A DNA stretch of 64,000 nucleotides from Gracilinanus agilis (lineage: Eukaryota). Within the stretch, counting starts at the first letter, position 1, and every line of letters begins with the position of its first letter. A model generated the notes under the pieces. That model had not been told where the DNA came from and made no database searches. It saw only the letters and a list, made by a program, of their open reading frames with translations. Location of the stretch: the NCBI RefSeq assembly GCF_016433145.1, contig NC_058130.1, forward strand, positions 202,220,827 through 202,284,826, written 5' to 3'. A program made the translations under genes and the position numbers. Positions 32,535 through 46,800 of the stretch are shown one piece after another.

Positions 32535-32717
32535 TTTTTTAAACCCTTGTACTTCGGTGTATTGTCTCATAGGTGGAAGATTGGTAAGGGTGGGCAATGG
32601 GGGTCAAGTGACTTGCCCAGGGTCACACAGCTGGGAAGTGGCTGAGGCTGGGTTTGAACCTAGGACCTCCTGTCTCTAGGCCTGACTCTCACTCCACTGA
32701 GCTACCCAGCTGCCCCC
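32535..32717 (-). mobile_element. Young SINE1_Mdo-like SINE
   Basis: TSD attacgcttttt on both sides; near-identical to 4876-5055. Confidence 0.94.
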
Positions 32718-33299
32718 ATTACGCTTTTTTAAAAAAATTCAGATGCAGCCCTGGTGTTCAAGACCCTTCACTATCAGTAAACTAGCTTTCCAGCTTTAGG
32801 TCATTTTCTACTTCAAATGTCTCCATATTCCAGACAGATTGGTCTGGCTCTGTCCCAGGAAACCTGACCCCTATGTAGGAGAGGGAATGCCCTCCTGAAA
32901 GAAGTCTTGCAAGAAAAGGAATTTATGTTGCCTTCAAATCATCCCTAACCCCAGGCAAAGCATTTCTTACTTTGGCCCCTTACTCTCCCTTGAAGTTGAA
33001 GTACCTGGCATTATATTGCTATTTTCTCTAATGTTTTGAAGAACCCCATGCTTGTTAAGAGCCATGAGAGCAGCCAGACACCAAAATCCCTTTGAAGGCC
33101 TGGAGTTCTTGGAATAATGGAAATTTAGGGAATCTTGTATTTGTTTGCTGTGACTGAAAGGCCAAAATCTCTCTGGCCCAGAGTTTCACGTATCTGCAAA
33201 ATGGGAAAATTGAATTAAACATTTGCTGCGAATAAGTCCCGGTTCACGGATACAGGAGACAACCATGGAAGGAGCCCAGGAAAAGTCAGAAGCCACACA

Positions 33300-35378
<2,079 letters not shown>

Positions 35379-35944
35379 CTAGCTAAGGATTTTGATGGGA
35401 TAGGAGAAAACCAAAGATCCAAGAACAGCTGAGGATTAGAAAGATGGCCCACGGTTTGAGAGAACCCAGGGACAGACATAAAACCACCTGCTATTGTCTC
35501 CTCTGATGTTATGAGAAAGCCAAGAGTTGCACAATGGACAGAGTTGCTATGCCAACTCCCTGAGGGCCCAATGAGTGAGGATGGTTATCTTCCTCCTTCT
35601 CTTAAGTCTGTTCAGTCACATTCAACTCTTTGTGGCTCTGTGGACCATTTTCTATAATGGATCAAAGCAGAGACTAAGTGATTTGCCCAAGGTCACACAA
35701 CAATTGTCAGGTCTTCCTGACTCCAGGCCCAGTTCTCTATCCACTGAGCCACCTAGCTGCCTCTTTTGGAGTTTACCATCCTTCAAAACTACATCTCCAT
35801 CTACTGTACCTGTGCCAAAGGGTACACCTTTGGAAATCTCTACTTAACATCCCTGAACTCTCAGTCTTGAGCCTGACCCCATCTTTGGTCTTTCCTCTAT
35901 TGGTTTCTAGCAGTGAACTTCCCTTTCCCACAGCAGGAAGAGGG

Positions 35945-35966
35945 GTGTGTGTGTGTGTGTGTGTGT
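35945..35966. repeat. (GT)11 microsatellite
   Basis: Direct read. Confidence 0.95.
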
Positions 35967-36913
35967 ACATAGCTCCTGGTTGTTAGGGCCAGGACCTCCC
36001 TCTATTGTACAATATAGGATAGTAAAGGAGTTTTCCTAAGAACTGCTTCTGTGTCTGTGTCAGCAGAGAACCTGAACCTCTTCTCTCCCACACCCATCCT
36101 CTTCAATCAGAGTTCTATTTTATATACACCTTTCTTCCATATTGCACCAAGAATAGAAAAATGTTAGGATAAAATATGAAGGTAGAGATGGAAACAAGAA
36201 AAATATTTCCCAACCCCTTTAATATAATATCACATCCTGCTAGAAAGGGAGATGGAGAAGCCTCAGGTTTGGGATAACACCTGACAATTTTAAAGTTCAC
36301 TTGAATTTCTGAAGCTGCTATAAACAAAAATAGTTTAGGCAACAGAAAAGCAGCTCATCCTTCCTTAAGCCTCTAGCCTATACCCCAAGGAATTCAGTAG
36401 ATACTCAATGGTGGAACATAGATCCAGCATTCAGAATGGCTGCTTAATGGTAGATGAATCATTGTTCTTCGGGAACACAAAAATTTGTACCCAGAAGCCC
36501 TTTGGGGTTATGCTCTTTTTATCCTGAGACTCTGCCTCCCAATGTTGAGTCTATAACTATTGATTAAGCACCTATTAATGCAATTGTCTGAGTCTCTCCC
36601 ACCTGCCCAGCCTTTAACCCTTATCCCACAACTGTTAGGACTGAATCGAAACTTTAGGATTAGATTCTTCTGAGCAAGGAATAGACAGCTTCTCTATTAC
36701 ACTGACAGAAATGTTCCATGACATTAGCTTTGAAGCATGTAATTCTGAGAAAGTTTTGCTTAGGGGCCATTGCACTGGACTATGGAATAAAGGCCTTATC
36801 CATCAAATCCAACAAAGATTTCACCAGTACAACTTAAGGCATCCAGACAGTTGGCAATGACAGTCATTGTTCATACATGAATTTCTGGAACCACTTTAAA
36901 AAGCCATATCTAG

Positions 36914-37105
36914 GGATAGCTAGGTGGCACAGTGGATAGAGAGCCAGACCTGGAATCTGTAGGTCCCGAGTTCTGGCCTTAAGACACTTCCTAGCTGTGT
37001 GATCCTGGGCAATTGCCTATATTGGGCAATAACCCAATTGTCTGGTCCTTGTTATTCTTCTTAGAATGGATACTAAGACAAAAGGTACTTGGGTTTAGTT
37101 TGTTT
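36914..37105 (+). mobile_element. Marsupial SINE
   Basis: gggatagctaggtggcacagtggatagagagcc..cttcctagctgtgtg. Confidence 0.8.
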
Positions 37106-37949
37106 TTTAATAGAAACTTCATTAGGGAGAAACAGCCATTAGGTTGATTGTTCCCTCATGGGAAAATTGGTGCTGAAACAACTTGGAAACCTGACTTGGA
37201 ACCTTTGCCACTTAGGACTCACATAGGGCTTTTGATCAGGACTATGGTTAAAGGTCTTGTTAGAGAACTGGTAGAAGTATGACCAGTGTGAGCTCTCTTA
37301 TGTATAATACTAATATTCTAGGAAAAACCCTTCCACTACTAGGGTTTGTTTCTCAGCCATTTGGATCTATAGGTAGGTGATAGATGTGAGCTCTGTAGAA
37401 AGTTCTTCCCAACGTCAGAGTATTTATCGGTTTTCTCATCTATATGGATTCTCTGATGCTTCCTGAATGAACAAGTGGAAGCTCTGGACAAAATCCTTTC
37501 CATAAATCATGCAACCACTTGAATGTCTAAGGACAGAAAAAAATGCCCCTGGTTAATTTCTGAACCCACACAGACAGGGTGACCTCAAAAGTCTTGGTGA
37601 AATTTAAAGCTATTAATGTTTCAATTAAATCATCTTTAATCTTCGTATCCCAGCCAAGTTCATATTCTGTTTGAGGGTTAACTATATTGGAAAGCTGGAA
37701 ACACTGCTGTAAATTTTAATAGCTTAATACAGAACTATGAGTTTTGGGTCATTGTATGTCCTCTGACCTTTGGAAATTTCCCTATTCCCAGGCCTTTCCC
37801 ACTTGGGGGTTCTCATTTTTACTCTTAGGCCCTGTGGTAAGAAAAGGAGAATCGAGATGTTAGTCACTTCAGAAACAATCTTCTAGCCTTTCCCTTTCCT
37901 TTTGAGCTTCTAGGCATCCACACAGGGAATACAGGCTGTTTAGGAAGAC

Positions 37950-38400
37950 TGGTGCCCCTTCAGGGTTGCTCATCCAGCTTTGGTGTCCACTTGCCATCCA
38001 GCTCAAGAAGCTATAATTTGCACAGTGGCCACACTCTGTTAAATAATCTCAGCAGCAGGGCTAAACTATGTTGAGGGTAACCAAAAGGTCTCAAAAACCC
38101 ATCTGTGAGTTAGGAAAGTATCCATCCTAAGCATGTGAAAACTTCCCCCAGCAAAAGGGGTGAGTGAGAACAATTTATTCCAGTGACTATGAAAGCTGTG
38201 GAGTGCTCAGAGCTTGGTTAGACATCAAAGAAGTCAAGGTCATCCACTGCATCCCAAGCCATCACCAGTCATCTTTCCTTTGCCTTGCTTCTAGTCTTGA
38301 ATGAATGGAAGAGAGGGTGAGCCCAATGATTTTATGCAATTCTGCCTCACTTAGACCTAATTCATGTAGGAGTCACAAGACTTTACCAGCCAGGTCATTT
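37950..38400. mobile_element. Marsupial RTE-related interspersed repeat (family uncertain)
   Basis: gtcatccactgcatcccaagccatcaccagtc..ctgcctcacttagacctaattca resembles recalled marsupial RTE-type repeats. Confidence 0.45.
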
Positions 38401-38879
38401 TGGGTCCTCTTTGAGTAGGAAGAAGAACCACCAATCTAGGCATCCAAGCTGAAAAAGCAGCAAGAACAATGAATGATTCAGAGGCTTCTATTTAGTACAG
38501 CAGCAACAAGCATACCTTGTATGGTTCCTACCACAGTCACAAAGAATACACTTCACAAACAATCCTTTCCCAACAGGGTGGGGTGAGTAAGTGTCAAAGG
38601 GGCTTCCTTCAGTTCTAGAGACCTACATTTCACCTTCCTCACTCTAGACCTCTATTTCTTTGAGAGGAGTGATAACAGAAGTATACAGAAAACTAGGTTT
38701 GGCATTAGGAAACCCAAAGATTGAATCCTGTTTCTGACATTTAATTTTACAAGTGTTCATGGGCAAGAAACTACTCTCACATCCTTGTGCTCTCATAGAA
38801 AATGGATAGCACAGCACAACTCGTTTGCAGGGTTATTGTGGCAAAACACTTTTAAGTACTACTGGAAACATGGTTATTA

Positions 38880-39600
38880 CCTGGTCCTTCACCCTCATCA
38901 CTTCTCACCTACATTATTGCAATAGCCTATTAAATAGGCGCCTGCTTCCAGTTCTTTTCCTTTCCAGTCCATTCTCTCTATGTAATCTTCCTAAAGCTCA
39001 AATCTGATCATGTCATAAGATTATAGATTTAGAGCTGAAAAGAATCTCAGAAGTCTAGTCCCTCATTCCTCATTTTATAGAGGATGAAACTTAGGCCCAG
39101 AGAGGGGAAATCATTTGTCCAATGTCTCAAAGTTATTAAGTGGCAAACTGGTGATTTGAACCCAGGTCCTCTGACTCCAAATCTAGTTTTCTTGACATTC
39201 ACCATTTCCTCTACTTAGGAACCTTCTGTGGTTCCCAACTCCCTCTAGAAAATATGTAAATTATTTAGCTATTTAAAGCCCTTCACAATCTAGCTCCAGT
39301 ATTCCTAATCCTATTAGACATTTCATGGACTCAACTTCCAATTGAACTGACCTACCTTCTATTTTCTCCATTTCCTGCCTCCTTACCCTCCTCCACAGAT
39401 CCCTGAAAGCACTCCTTTCTTATCTCGACCTCTTAGGATCCCCACAGATATCTCTTTACCAATTTTTAGTATTCTCTTCCTCCTCGATTATCAAGCATAT
39501 ACTGACTTCTTTGCACATTCTATCTACACTATGGCTCCCCTAAAACATAAGCACCTCAGGCAAATACTACTGTTTAGTCTTTGTACTCCCAGAGGCTTAA
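38880..39600 (+). mobile_element. L2 LINE 3' remnant with an inserted MIR-like SINE
   Basis: tcacctacattattgcaatagcc, cctaaagctcaaatctgatcatgtc; approximate. Confidence 0.6.
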
Positions 39601-40239
39601 ACACAGTAAGGGGCCCAATGACACTTATTAGCTTGGACCTGGGCCAAGTTCTTTCTAGGGGTGACTTGCACTGGACCCCAGGGAACCAAACCCCGCCCCC
39701 GCCTCCACACTCCCACCCCCATCCCCGACTCAATTCGTCAAGATACGAAATCTGGGAAGTTCTTGACTGCGGGAAAAGAAAAGGCCATGTTTTCCTCTTT
39801 CTCCACCCCGTTCTTTTCCTCTTTCCCTAAGCCCAAATGTAGGGAAGCTAGAAAGCGCAGGGGATAATGCCTCTGAATTCAAGCGTGGACTCGGACACCA
39901 GCTGCGTAACTCTGAGCAAGTCTTAATGCCTATTTGCTTCAATTCTCAATCTATAAAATGGGGTCATACTGGGAAGAAAATGGAAAACCACTTGGACAAA
40001 GTCCACGGGTCACGAAGAATCGAACATGACTGAACGACTAAACAATAACAGACCCAGGTGTCCTGCTCCCTTTTTCCCCTATACACTCACCTCTCAGTGT
40101 CCCATTTCCCCCTAGAAGCCTTTAACCCTTTGGCAAAAAGGAGGAGAAAGGGGAAAAGCAGGAAACTGAGGACCCGGGAGTCCAGAGATTTCAATAGAGC
40201 TGGGGGAGGGGGGAGGAAAAGTGGGAGGGTGGATGAATG

Positions 40240-41900
40240 AGACAGGAAGCGGAAGGAAGCGCTTCATCCTCCCGGTGTAGGTCCTCTCTAGGATTTCCAG
40301 ACTATAGAGACTGGGCGGCGTTAACCCTTTAGCGTCTGGAATCCGTAGGCATCTTAATAAGGATCTTGAGGTGTGGGGGAGAGGATGCCTGAGGAGCGCA
40401 GAGGGGAAAGGGTAGTGGAGGGGCGGGGTGCCTTTCTCTTCTTTTGTCGAAGAGGGGAAAAAATTAAGAAGGAAAGGGTGGGGACCACATAAAAATCCTG
40501 AAGGACCACGGGAGTTCTGCGCTCCCTTCAAGCCTTTTGCGAGAGCAGGAAGACCCCGCCCCGCGAGCGCCTTAGGGCCAAACAGGCTGCGCCTGAGGCT
40601 CTTCGGGCCAGGACTGTCAGTTAACGCCCCCTCGAGCAGCCGGGCAAGAGAGAAAAGGGGCGGGAAGGGAAGAGAAAGGGGGAGGAGCAAGAGGTCCCAG
40701 AGACCAATCGCTGGCCCTCTTCAAAGGAAAGAAGACGGGGTTCCCAGACCAGTCTGCTTGCCCCACCTCCGTGGCGGAGCCGTCTCCTTGGCAACGATCC
40801 TAGACTGGAGGGAGGGGCAGGCTGGAGGAAGGGTGGGAATCTGGGCTACAGAGTGGGGATGTGGCGGGGGTAGGGGACCCGGGTGAGTCTGGGGGAGCCC
40901 AGACCTAAGCTGTGCTCACCCGCAGGGGCGGCATGAAGAGGCCCTCTCCAGGGCAGCCGTGGGGCTCCGCTGACTGCTCCGCCGCTCCCGAGCCCCGCTG
41001 GAAAGCCGGGATAGGAGCGTCGCGGAGACCCCGCCGGCCCCGGATCCGAGGGAAGGGACGAAGGCGGAGGTTGATCGCTGTACCGGAGCCGAGGCACGAG
41101 CCCGTAGGGCTGGCTGCCCTCCGCCTCGTCGTCCCCAGAGTCTGGGAGCTGCTGCTCCGGAGCTCCCGGGCACACTTGCACGAACCGAGAGGCCAGCAGA
41201 CGGACCGACAGCCGGCCAAGGCCCTAGTTCGGAGTGTCTGGGCTACTATCTTCAACCAGTCTGCCACCCCTGCGGCAGCTGTTGCTGTTCCTTCAGCACC
41301 TGCTTAGGCTTGCACCCCGGGGCCCAGGGCCCTTTTGCCCTGCACAGGGTTAATGCCACCGAGTCGCACCTCCGTGGAGTCCTAGAGCGGCAGCGGCGCC
41401 AGCCTAGCGGGGAGCTGGCGGCTCACGGACACTTCCTGTGCAGGGGGCGGGGGGAGGGGGCTGGGCAGCCGCAGCCCAGCAAGGGGCTGGGGAGCCGGGC
41501 CACCGACACCTGGGTCCCAGGAAGGGTGTCTAGGGGTCGAGGACCGACAATCCTCGGGCCCAGGCCACCTTGAGTCTGAGAGGAGACGGGGCTGTGGGAG
41601 AAAAGAGGGAGCTGGAGGGAAAGGGGGGGCGGGGCTCCGGGGGGGGGGAGGGAGAGCTNGGGGGGGGAGGGAGAGCTGGAGGCCTGGGGTCAAGACATCT
41701 GGATTCTGGGAAGGGGAGCAGGGCCCCACAGCCGCGCGGGCACGCACACGCTCCCCAGCGAACCCCGGTCTGCCGGGAGCCTGCTGCTCAGGTGACTCTA
41801 ACTAGACCGCGGGGGCACCCAGGGCCCGAGAGGGAGCTCAGACCTGGAGGGCTAAAGAGGCAAAATTACTCTTGTTCTTCTCCAGAGGCTTCCCTCGGCT
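40240..41900 (+). promoter_or_regulatory. Large CpG island/promoter of ZNF768
   Basis: GC boxes, CCAAT (40704), RFX X-box gtctccttggcaac (40782-40795), G-run tracts, high CpG density. Confidence 0.75.
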
Positions 41901-41913
41901 CCTGATTTCTAAG

Positions 41914-43446
41914 ATGGAGCAAGAGGCCGAGCCGTGGGGCCTAGATCCCCAGAGTCCTGAGGACACGGAGAGCCAGAGAGGCACCCCCACAGGTGAGAGA
42001 AGCTAGGGCTTCTTAGGCTTGCAACTCTGGTTTCTAGGCTTCCGTACGGGGAGGGAATAATTGGAATTGGAGAGGGCATCAAGTAGTAGTGGAAAGGTGG
42101 GAGGGAAATGAGGACCAAGACATAGAACACTTAGCAGTGGAAACTGGAGCACAGAATGTTTAGAAGATGAGTTTTCAGACTTTACTTTTCTTTCCACAGG
42201 CAGTGAGTGCGACAGACAAGAGAGTGTGAGTGATAATGAAAAAGAGACTCCTCAGCAGGAAGACTCTGAGAATGAAGATGTTGAAGAGATACCCTTTGGA
42301 GTTGAACCTCAGAGTCCAGGCTTTGATGAAATTGCTGAGATGCCTCCAAGCCCTGAGGAAAAGGATCCTCTTGATCTCTCTTTGGAGGATGACCCCCTGG
42401 ACTCTTACACTGAAGGGTATGAGGATCAACCCCCTAGGGACCTGCCATTGGGGACCACCTTTGAGATGCCTTCAGGGACTCTGCTCACTGACCCCCGGTT
42501 TGAGATACTTCAGGAGAACCCTCTCAACCTCTCAGAGGCCATCCGAAGCCAGTCTAGACGTGGGGGGGCCCCTAAAGGTCAAGGTAGGCAGCCCCCACGA
42601 CCCAATATTTGTGGCATCTGTGGGAAGAGCTTTGGGAGAGGCTCCACCCTGATTCAACACCAGCGCATCCACACAGGAGAGAAACCTTACAAATGTGAAG
42701 TCTGTGGCAAAGCCTTCTCACAAAGCTCTGATCTCATCAAGCATCAGCGCACACATACAGGTGAACGGCCATATAAATGCCCCCGTTGTGGCAAGGCCTT
42801 TGCTGACAGCTCCTACCTGCTCCGCCACCAGCGGACCCATACAGGCCAGAAGCCCTATAAGTGCCCACACTGTGGCAAGGCCTTTGGCGACAGCTCCTAC
42901 CTCTTGCGCCACCAGCGCACCCATAGCCATGAGCGACCCTACAGTTGCCCCGATTGTGGCAAGTGTTACAGCCAGAACTCATCCCTTCGAAGCCACCAGC
43001 GTGTCCACACAGGCCAGAGGCCCTACAGCTGTGGCATATGTGGCAAGTCCTTCTCACAGCGCTCGGCCCTCACCCCTCATGCCCGAAGCCACACCCGAGA
43101 GAAGCCCTTCAAGTGCCCTGAGTGCGGGAAACGATTTGGCCAGAGCTCTGTGCTTGCCATTCATGCCCGAACCCACTTACCTGGCCGAACCTATAGCTGC
43201 CCTGACTGTGGGAAAACCTTTAATAGATCATCCACCCTGATTCAGCACCAGCGCTCCCATACAGGCGAACGGCCCTATAAGTGTGCTATCTGTGGAAAGG
43301 GCTTTTGCCGTTCCTCCACCCTCCTACAGCACCACCGAGTCCATAGTGGTGAACGGCCCTACAAGTGTGACGACTGTGGCAAGGCCTTCTCACAGAGCTC
43401 CGACCTCATTCGCCACCAACGGACGCATGCAGCTGGGAGGCGTTGA
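41914..43446 (+). CDS. ZNF768: Zinc finger protein 768; join(41914..41992,42200..43446), 441 aa, 10 C2H2 fingers, no KRAB
   Basis: Exon [27 protein letters not shown]|gtgaga splices in phase 1 to the acceptor tttccacag. The finger block [25 protein letters not shown]...[14 protein letters not shown] is near-identical to recalled human ZNF768. Confidence 0.95.
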
Positions 43447-44032
43447 CCATAGGAACCCCAGGGAGCAGAAAAAGGGTTACATTGGGAGGGAGCGGGGATA
43501 AGCAGCCTAGAGAAGTAGGTAGAGGTTTTTTGGGGGGAGGGGGAAGGGAGAAGGGTTAGGGTCAGGCATTTCGTTTCAGAAAAAGGAAATTGAACATGAA
43601 ACTCCCTTCAGAAGCTGGGGGTAAAAAGACTTCTGTGTTCTAGGAGAAATGAATGCTTTGGCTTTTTATGGGAAGATATCCCTGAAAAAGTTTTTAAATA
43701 AGGGGCAGGAAGCAACAACCAAAAGCAGGCCTTCCCTGTGCCCTCTGAAAGTCTTTGGGAGAAACAGAGAATAGGCAGAGCTGACTGCCTACGCACCAGT
43801 GCCATCTGCTGGACTTCCAGAGATGACAAGTTGCTAGATATAGGGGGATAGCTCTCTAGGTGGTTAGGTAGTGGGAATTAGCTTAGTTGGGGAGCTCCCA
43901 GGCCCACTGGGAGAGGGTCGGGGAGAGGGTGGGACTGAGGATTAGGGTGGGGATTCAGGTATCTGGATTGGGCTTTGCCCCAGCTTCAGCCTGGAGTCTC
44001 CTCTGCCCCATCCTGCTGCGAGTCACTGATTC

Positions 44033-44038
44033 AATAAA
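44033..44038 (+). terminator. Candidate ZNF768 polyadenylation signal AATAAA
   Basis: AATAAA about 590 nt after the stop codon; position only, no transcript evidence. Confidence 0.55.
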
Positions 44039-45861
44039 AACCTCATTATGGAAATCGAGTGCCTGAGCCTCATACATCCACCTTGGGTTAGGGGTAGGCC
44101 TTCGATATCTGTTCCCCCATCCTGATTGGGCCATTTCAGGTTAAACCCAAACTGCTTAGAAACTAGATGTCCCTATAATAAGGAAGGAGGTTGGAGAAAG
44201 GGGATACTAATGCACATTTGTGGTGCTACTCTATCCAAACTGGTAACAGCTTAGTAGCCAAACAATTTAAGGGGAACTAGAGCCTGGAGGCTCCTCATTC
44301 CAACTCCAACCTATGATCAAAGTTGGGATAGTCTTTAAAGGCTGGGGCCAAAGGGAATCTGCCCTGGGGGAAAAGGGGAAGGGGAAAATTTCAGATTCCC
44401 TGAGGCCCTAGGGCTGGAAAATGGCTGGCTTTGTTTTGTTTTCTAAAGTCTCAGGAGAAGGGGCCTCGGGTTTGAAAACACTTGGTAGAGCCTTCTGGCT
44501 GATTGTAGTTCAAGATTTGAATACTGTAGGCTTCCTTCCAGATAGTTCTGGGACCCTGACTCCTTTCTTACTAACCCTGCCTTTATCAGCCCTGGGTTTT
44601 CTCCAATATTTGCACTCTCTGGCATTTTGGCCTCCAGTTTTCCCGGAACTGAGCCACTGACTGGCTGAAATATGGCCCAGGGGAATGAAAAGTTGATTGG
44701 GGGATGGGGGAAATACCATAACATTTCCCAAAAGAAACTCTAATCAGAAGTGGCTATGCCCTGTGACTTGTCTCTGGGTCTAAAAGTGAAGGAGAGCTAT
44801 GGAACTTCAAGTTGGTGTCTTCATTCTAATTCACATGCATACCCCCCCCTTTTTTTCCCCATGCTGGTACCTCTTGTCTGTCACCACCAGCCTGGTGAGA
44901 GAGTACTAGGGACCAAGTTCTGACAATATGACTCTGCCCAACCCAATCTCCTTAACCCTTTAGTGGCCCAGGCTTTTGGTTTCCCTTGCCCTCAAGCAAG
45001 TATCATTTGCTCTCCAAGTCAAATATCTTGCCAAATGGATAATGGAAGGTTGGCAAAACATTCACTTGGCTTTTCCTGAGTCAACTCAAATGATAGTTTC
45101 CTTATACCTTATACCACCCTAAAAGACTTAAGCAGATGCACATCCTTCCACCATTACTTTAAATCTCCATCTCTGATTTCTTTTTTCTGTAACAAAAAAA
45201 AAGAAAGATTTGCTATCCAGAAAGGTGAGCCTGGAGGTAGGAAGAGATGTCAGTTAGCCAAGAGTAGAACTTCATCCTACCCCTAGGGAGAAAACTACCT
45301 ATGACCTAGTCTGATTAACAGGAAGTTACACTATTTATTGAATGAAGAAATGAATGTCCCAAGCTCTGTATCCATTTGGACCACCAGAGGGAGCCCAGAG
45401 GCAACTCTTTCTCTAATAACCATCCTGGTTAAGAGCTTAACAGGACCATTAACAAGAGGGCAGAGGCTGGTGAGAAGCTTCCGCCTATTGCCCTCATATC
45501 TTTTTCCTCCAGCTCTTTGTCCTCCTATTCCCTCAGATATAATGGGCAGACTTTAGCCCCAGTCTACCTGGCTAAGCCATGAGGCTCTGCGGCCATGGCC
45601 TCACATTTGTACAAAATGTGTTCAGAGATGCCTCCTCCAAGCAGGAAAGGATGCTCCCCAGTCTAGGGAGGAGTCTTTCTACCATACTGATCCTCAACCC
45701 CCTTTTTAAATTCCTCATATTTCTATTATAAAATCACAGAATCTCCCAGTTTCGAGACACCTCAAAGGTCATCTTAGCTACATAGGAATCTCCTCCACAA
45801 CATGCTGACAAGGGGTCAGAGCCTCAGTGATGAGAAACTCAACTAACCTTTTTCTCTCTCT

Positions 45862-46035
45862 TTTTTTTAAACCCTCACCTTTGGCCTTATAATTGGTTCT
45901 AAGGCAGAAGAGCAGAAAGGGCTAGGCAATGGGAGTGAAAAGTGACTTAGCCAGGGTCACATAATCAGGAAGTATCTGAGGCTAGATTTGAACCCAAGAG
46001 CTCCCCTCTCTGTGCCTGACTCTCTGTCCCCATCA
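45862..46035 (-). mobile_element. Marsupial SINE
   Basis: aaaccctcaccttt..ggttctaaggcagaag..gatttgaaccc. Confidence 0.8.
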
Positions 46036-46558
46036 ACTCCTACCTTCTGAAGCAGGCAATTCCACTTTTAGGCAGCTCTAAATGTTCAAATTTATTTTAA
46101 ATTAAAAAAAAACATTTCCCTTTATTCAGCTCCTAAATCTGATTCAATAGGATCTATTCATTGCTCTTCTCTGTGAGTGGGGCCAAAATAATCATAAATC
46201 CATCTTCCACAGGATAAAAACAGTTATCATGTCCCTCTGGAGTTTTTGCTTGTCCACTTGAAATCTGGTGACCCCAGTTCTGAGTTGGCTCAGACGTGTA
46301 TACCCAGGCTATGTGTATTTCTGGCTACCAGTATTCCCTGGTAAAATGCCTTCTGGTTATTATATGGTATGATGGTATGATAATCCATAGGAGAGCGTAC
46401 ACCTAATTTAATGGGGAAATCTTTTTTTTTTTTTTTTTGCAATGGTCTTCTAATGCTATTTCAATGTCTTTTGCTTTGTCCTCTGGTTGGCTTGTAAAAA
46501 AAAAACACATGCTGGGGATGTGGTGTTGTCAAATATGGCTGACCTATACTCAAAATGG

Positions 46559-46800
46559 GGGGTAGCTAGGTGTTACAGTATAATGTGCAGGGCCTGGAGT
46601 CAGGAAGACCCAAGTTCAAATCCGGCCTCAGATACTTACTAGCTGTGTGACCCTGGGCAAGTCCCTTAACCACATTTGCCCCAGGTTCTTCCTCTGGAAT
46701 GAACTGGAGAAGGAAATAGCAAACCACTCCAGTATCTTTACCAAGAAAACCCCATATAGGGTCACAGAGAATAGGATGAGACTGAAAAGACTGAACAACA
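46559..46800 (+). mobile_element. MIR-related marsupial CORE-SINE
   Basis: ggggtagctaggtg..ggttcaaatccggcctc..ggagaaggaaatagcaaaccactccagtatc. Confidence 0.8.

Noticed and set aside
36330-37900. Possible degraded ERV pol sequence
   Set aside because: Only vague peptide similarity with no diagnostic RT, RNase H or integrase motif, so it is not supportable by eye.
40112-41905. Long ORFs on both strands in the ZNF768 CpG island (e.g. 192, 152, 131 aa)
   Set aside because: Stop-poor GC-rich sequence gives low-complexity R/G/P translations with no recognisable domain.
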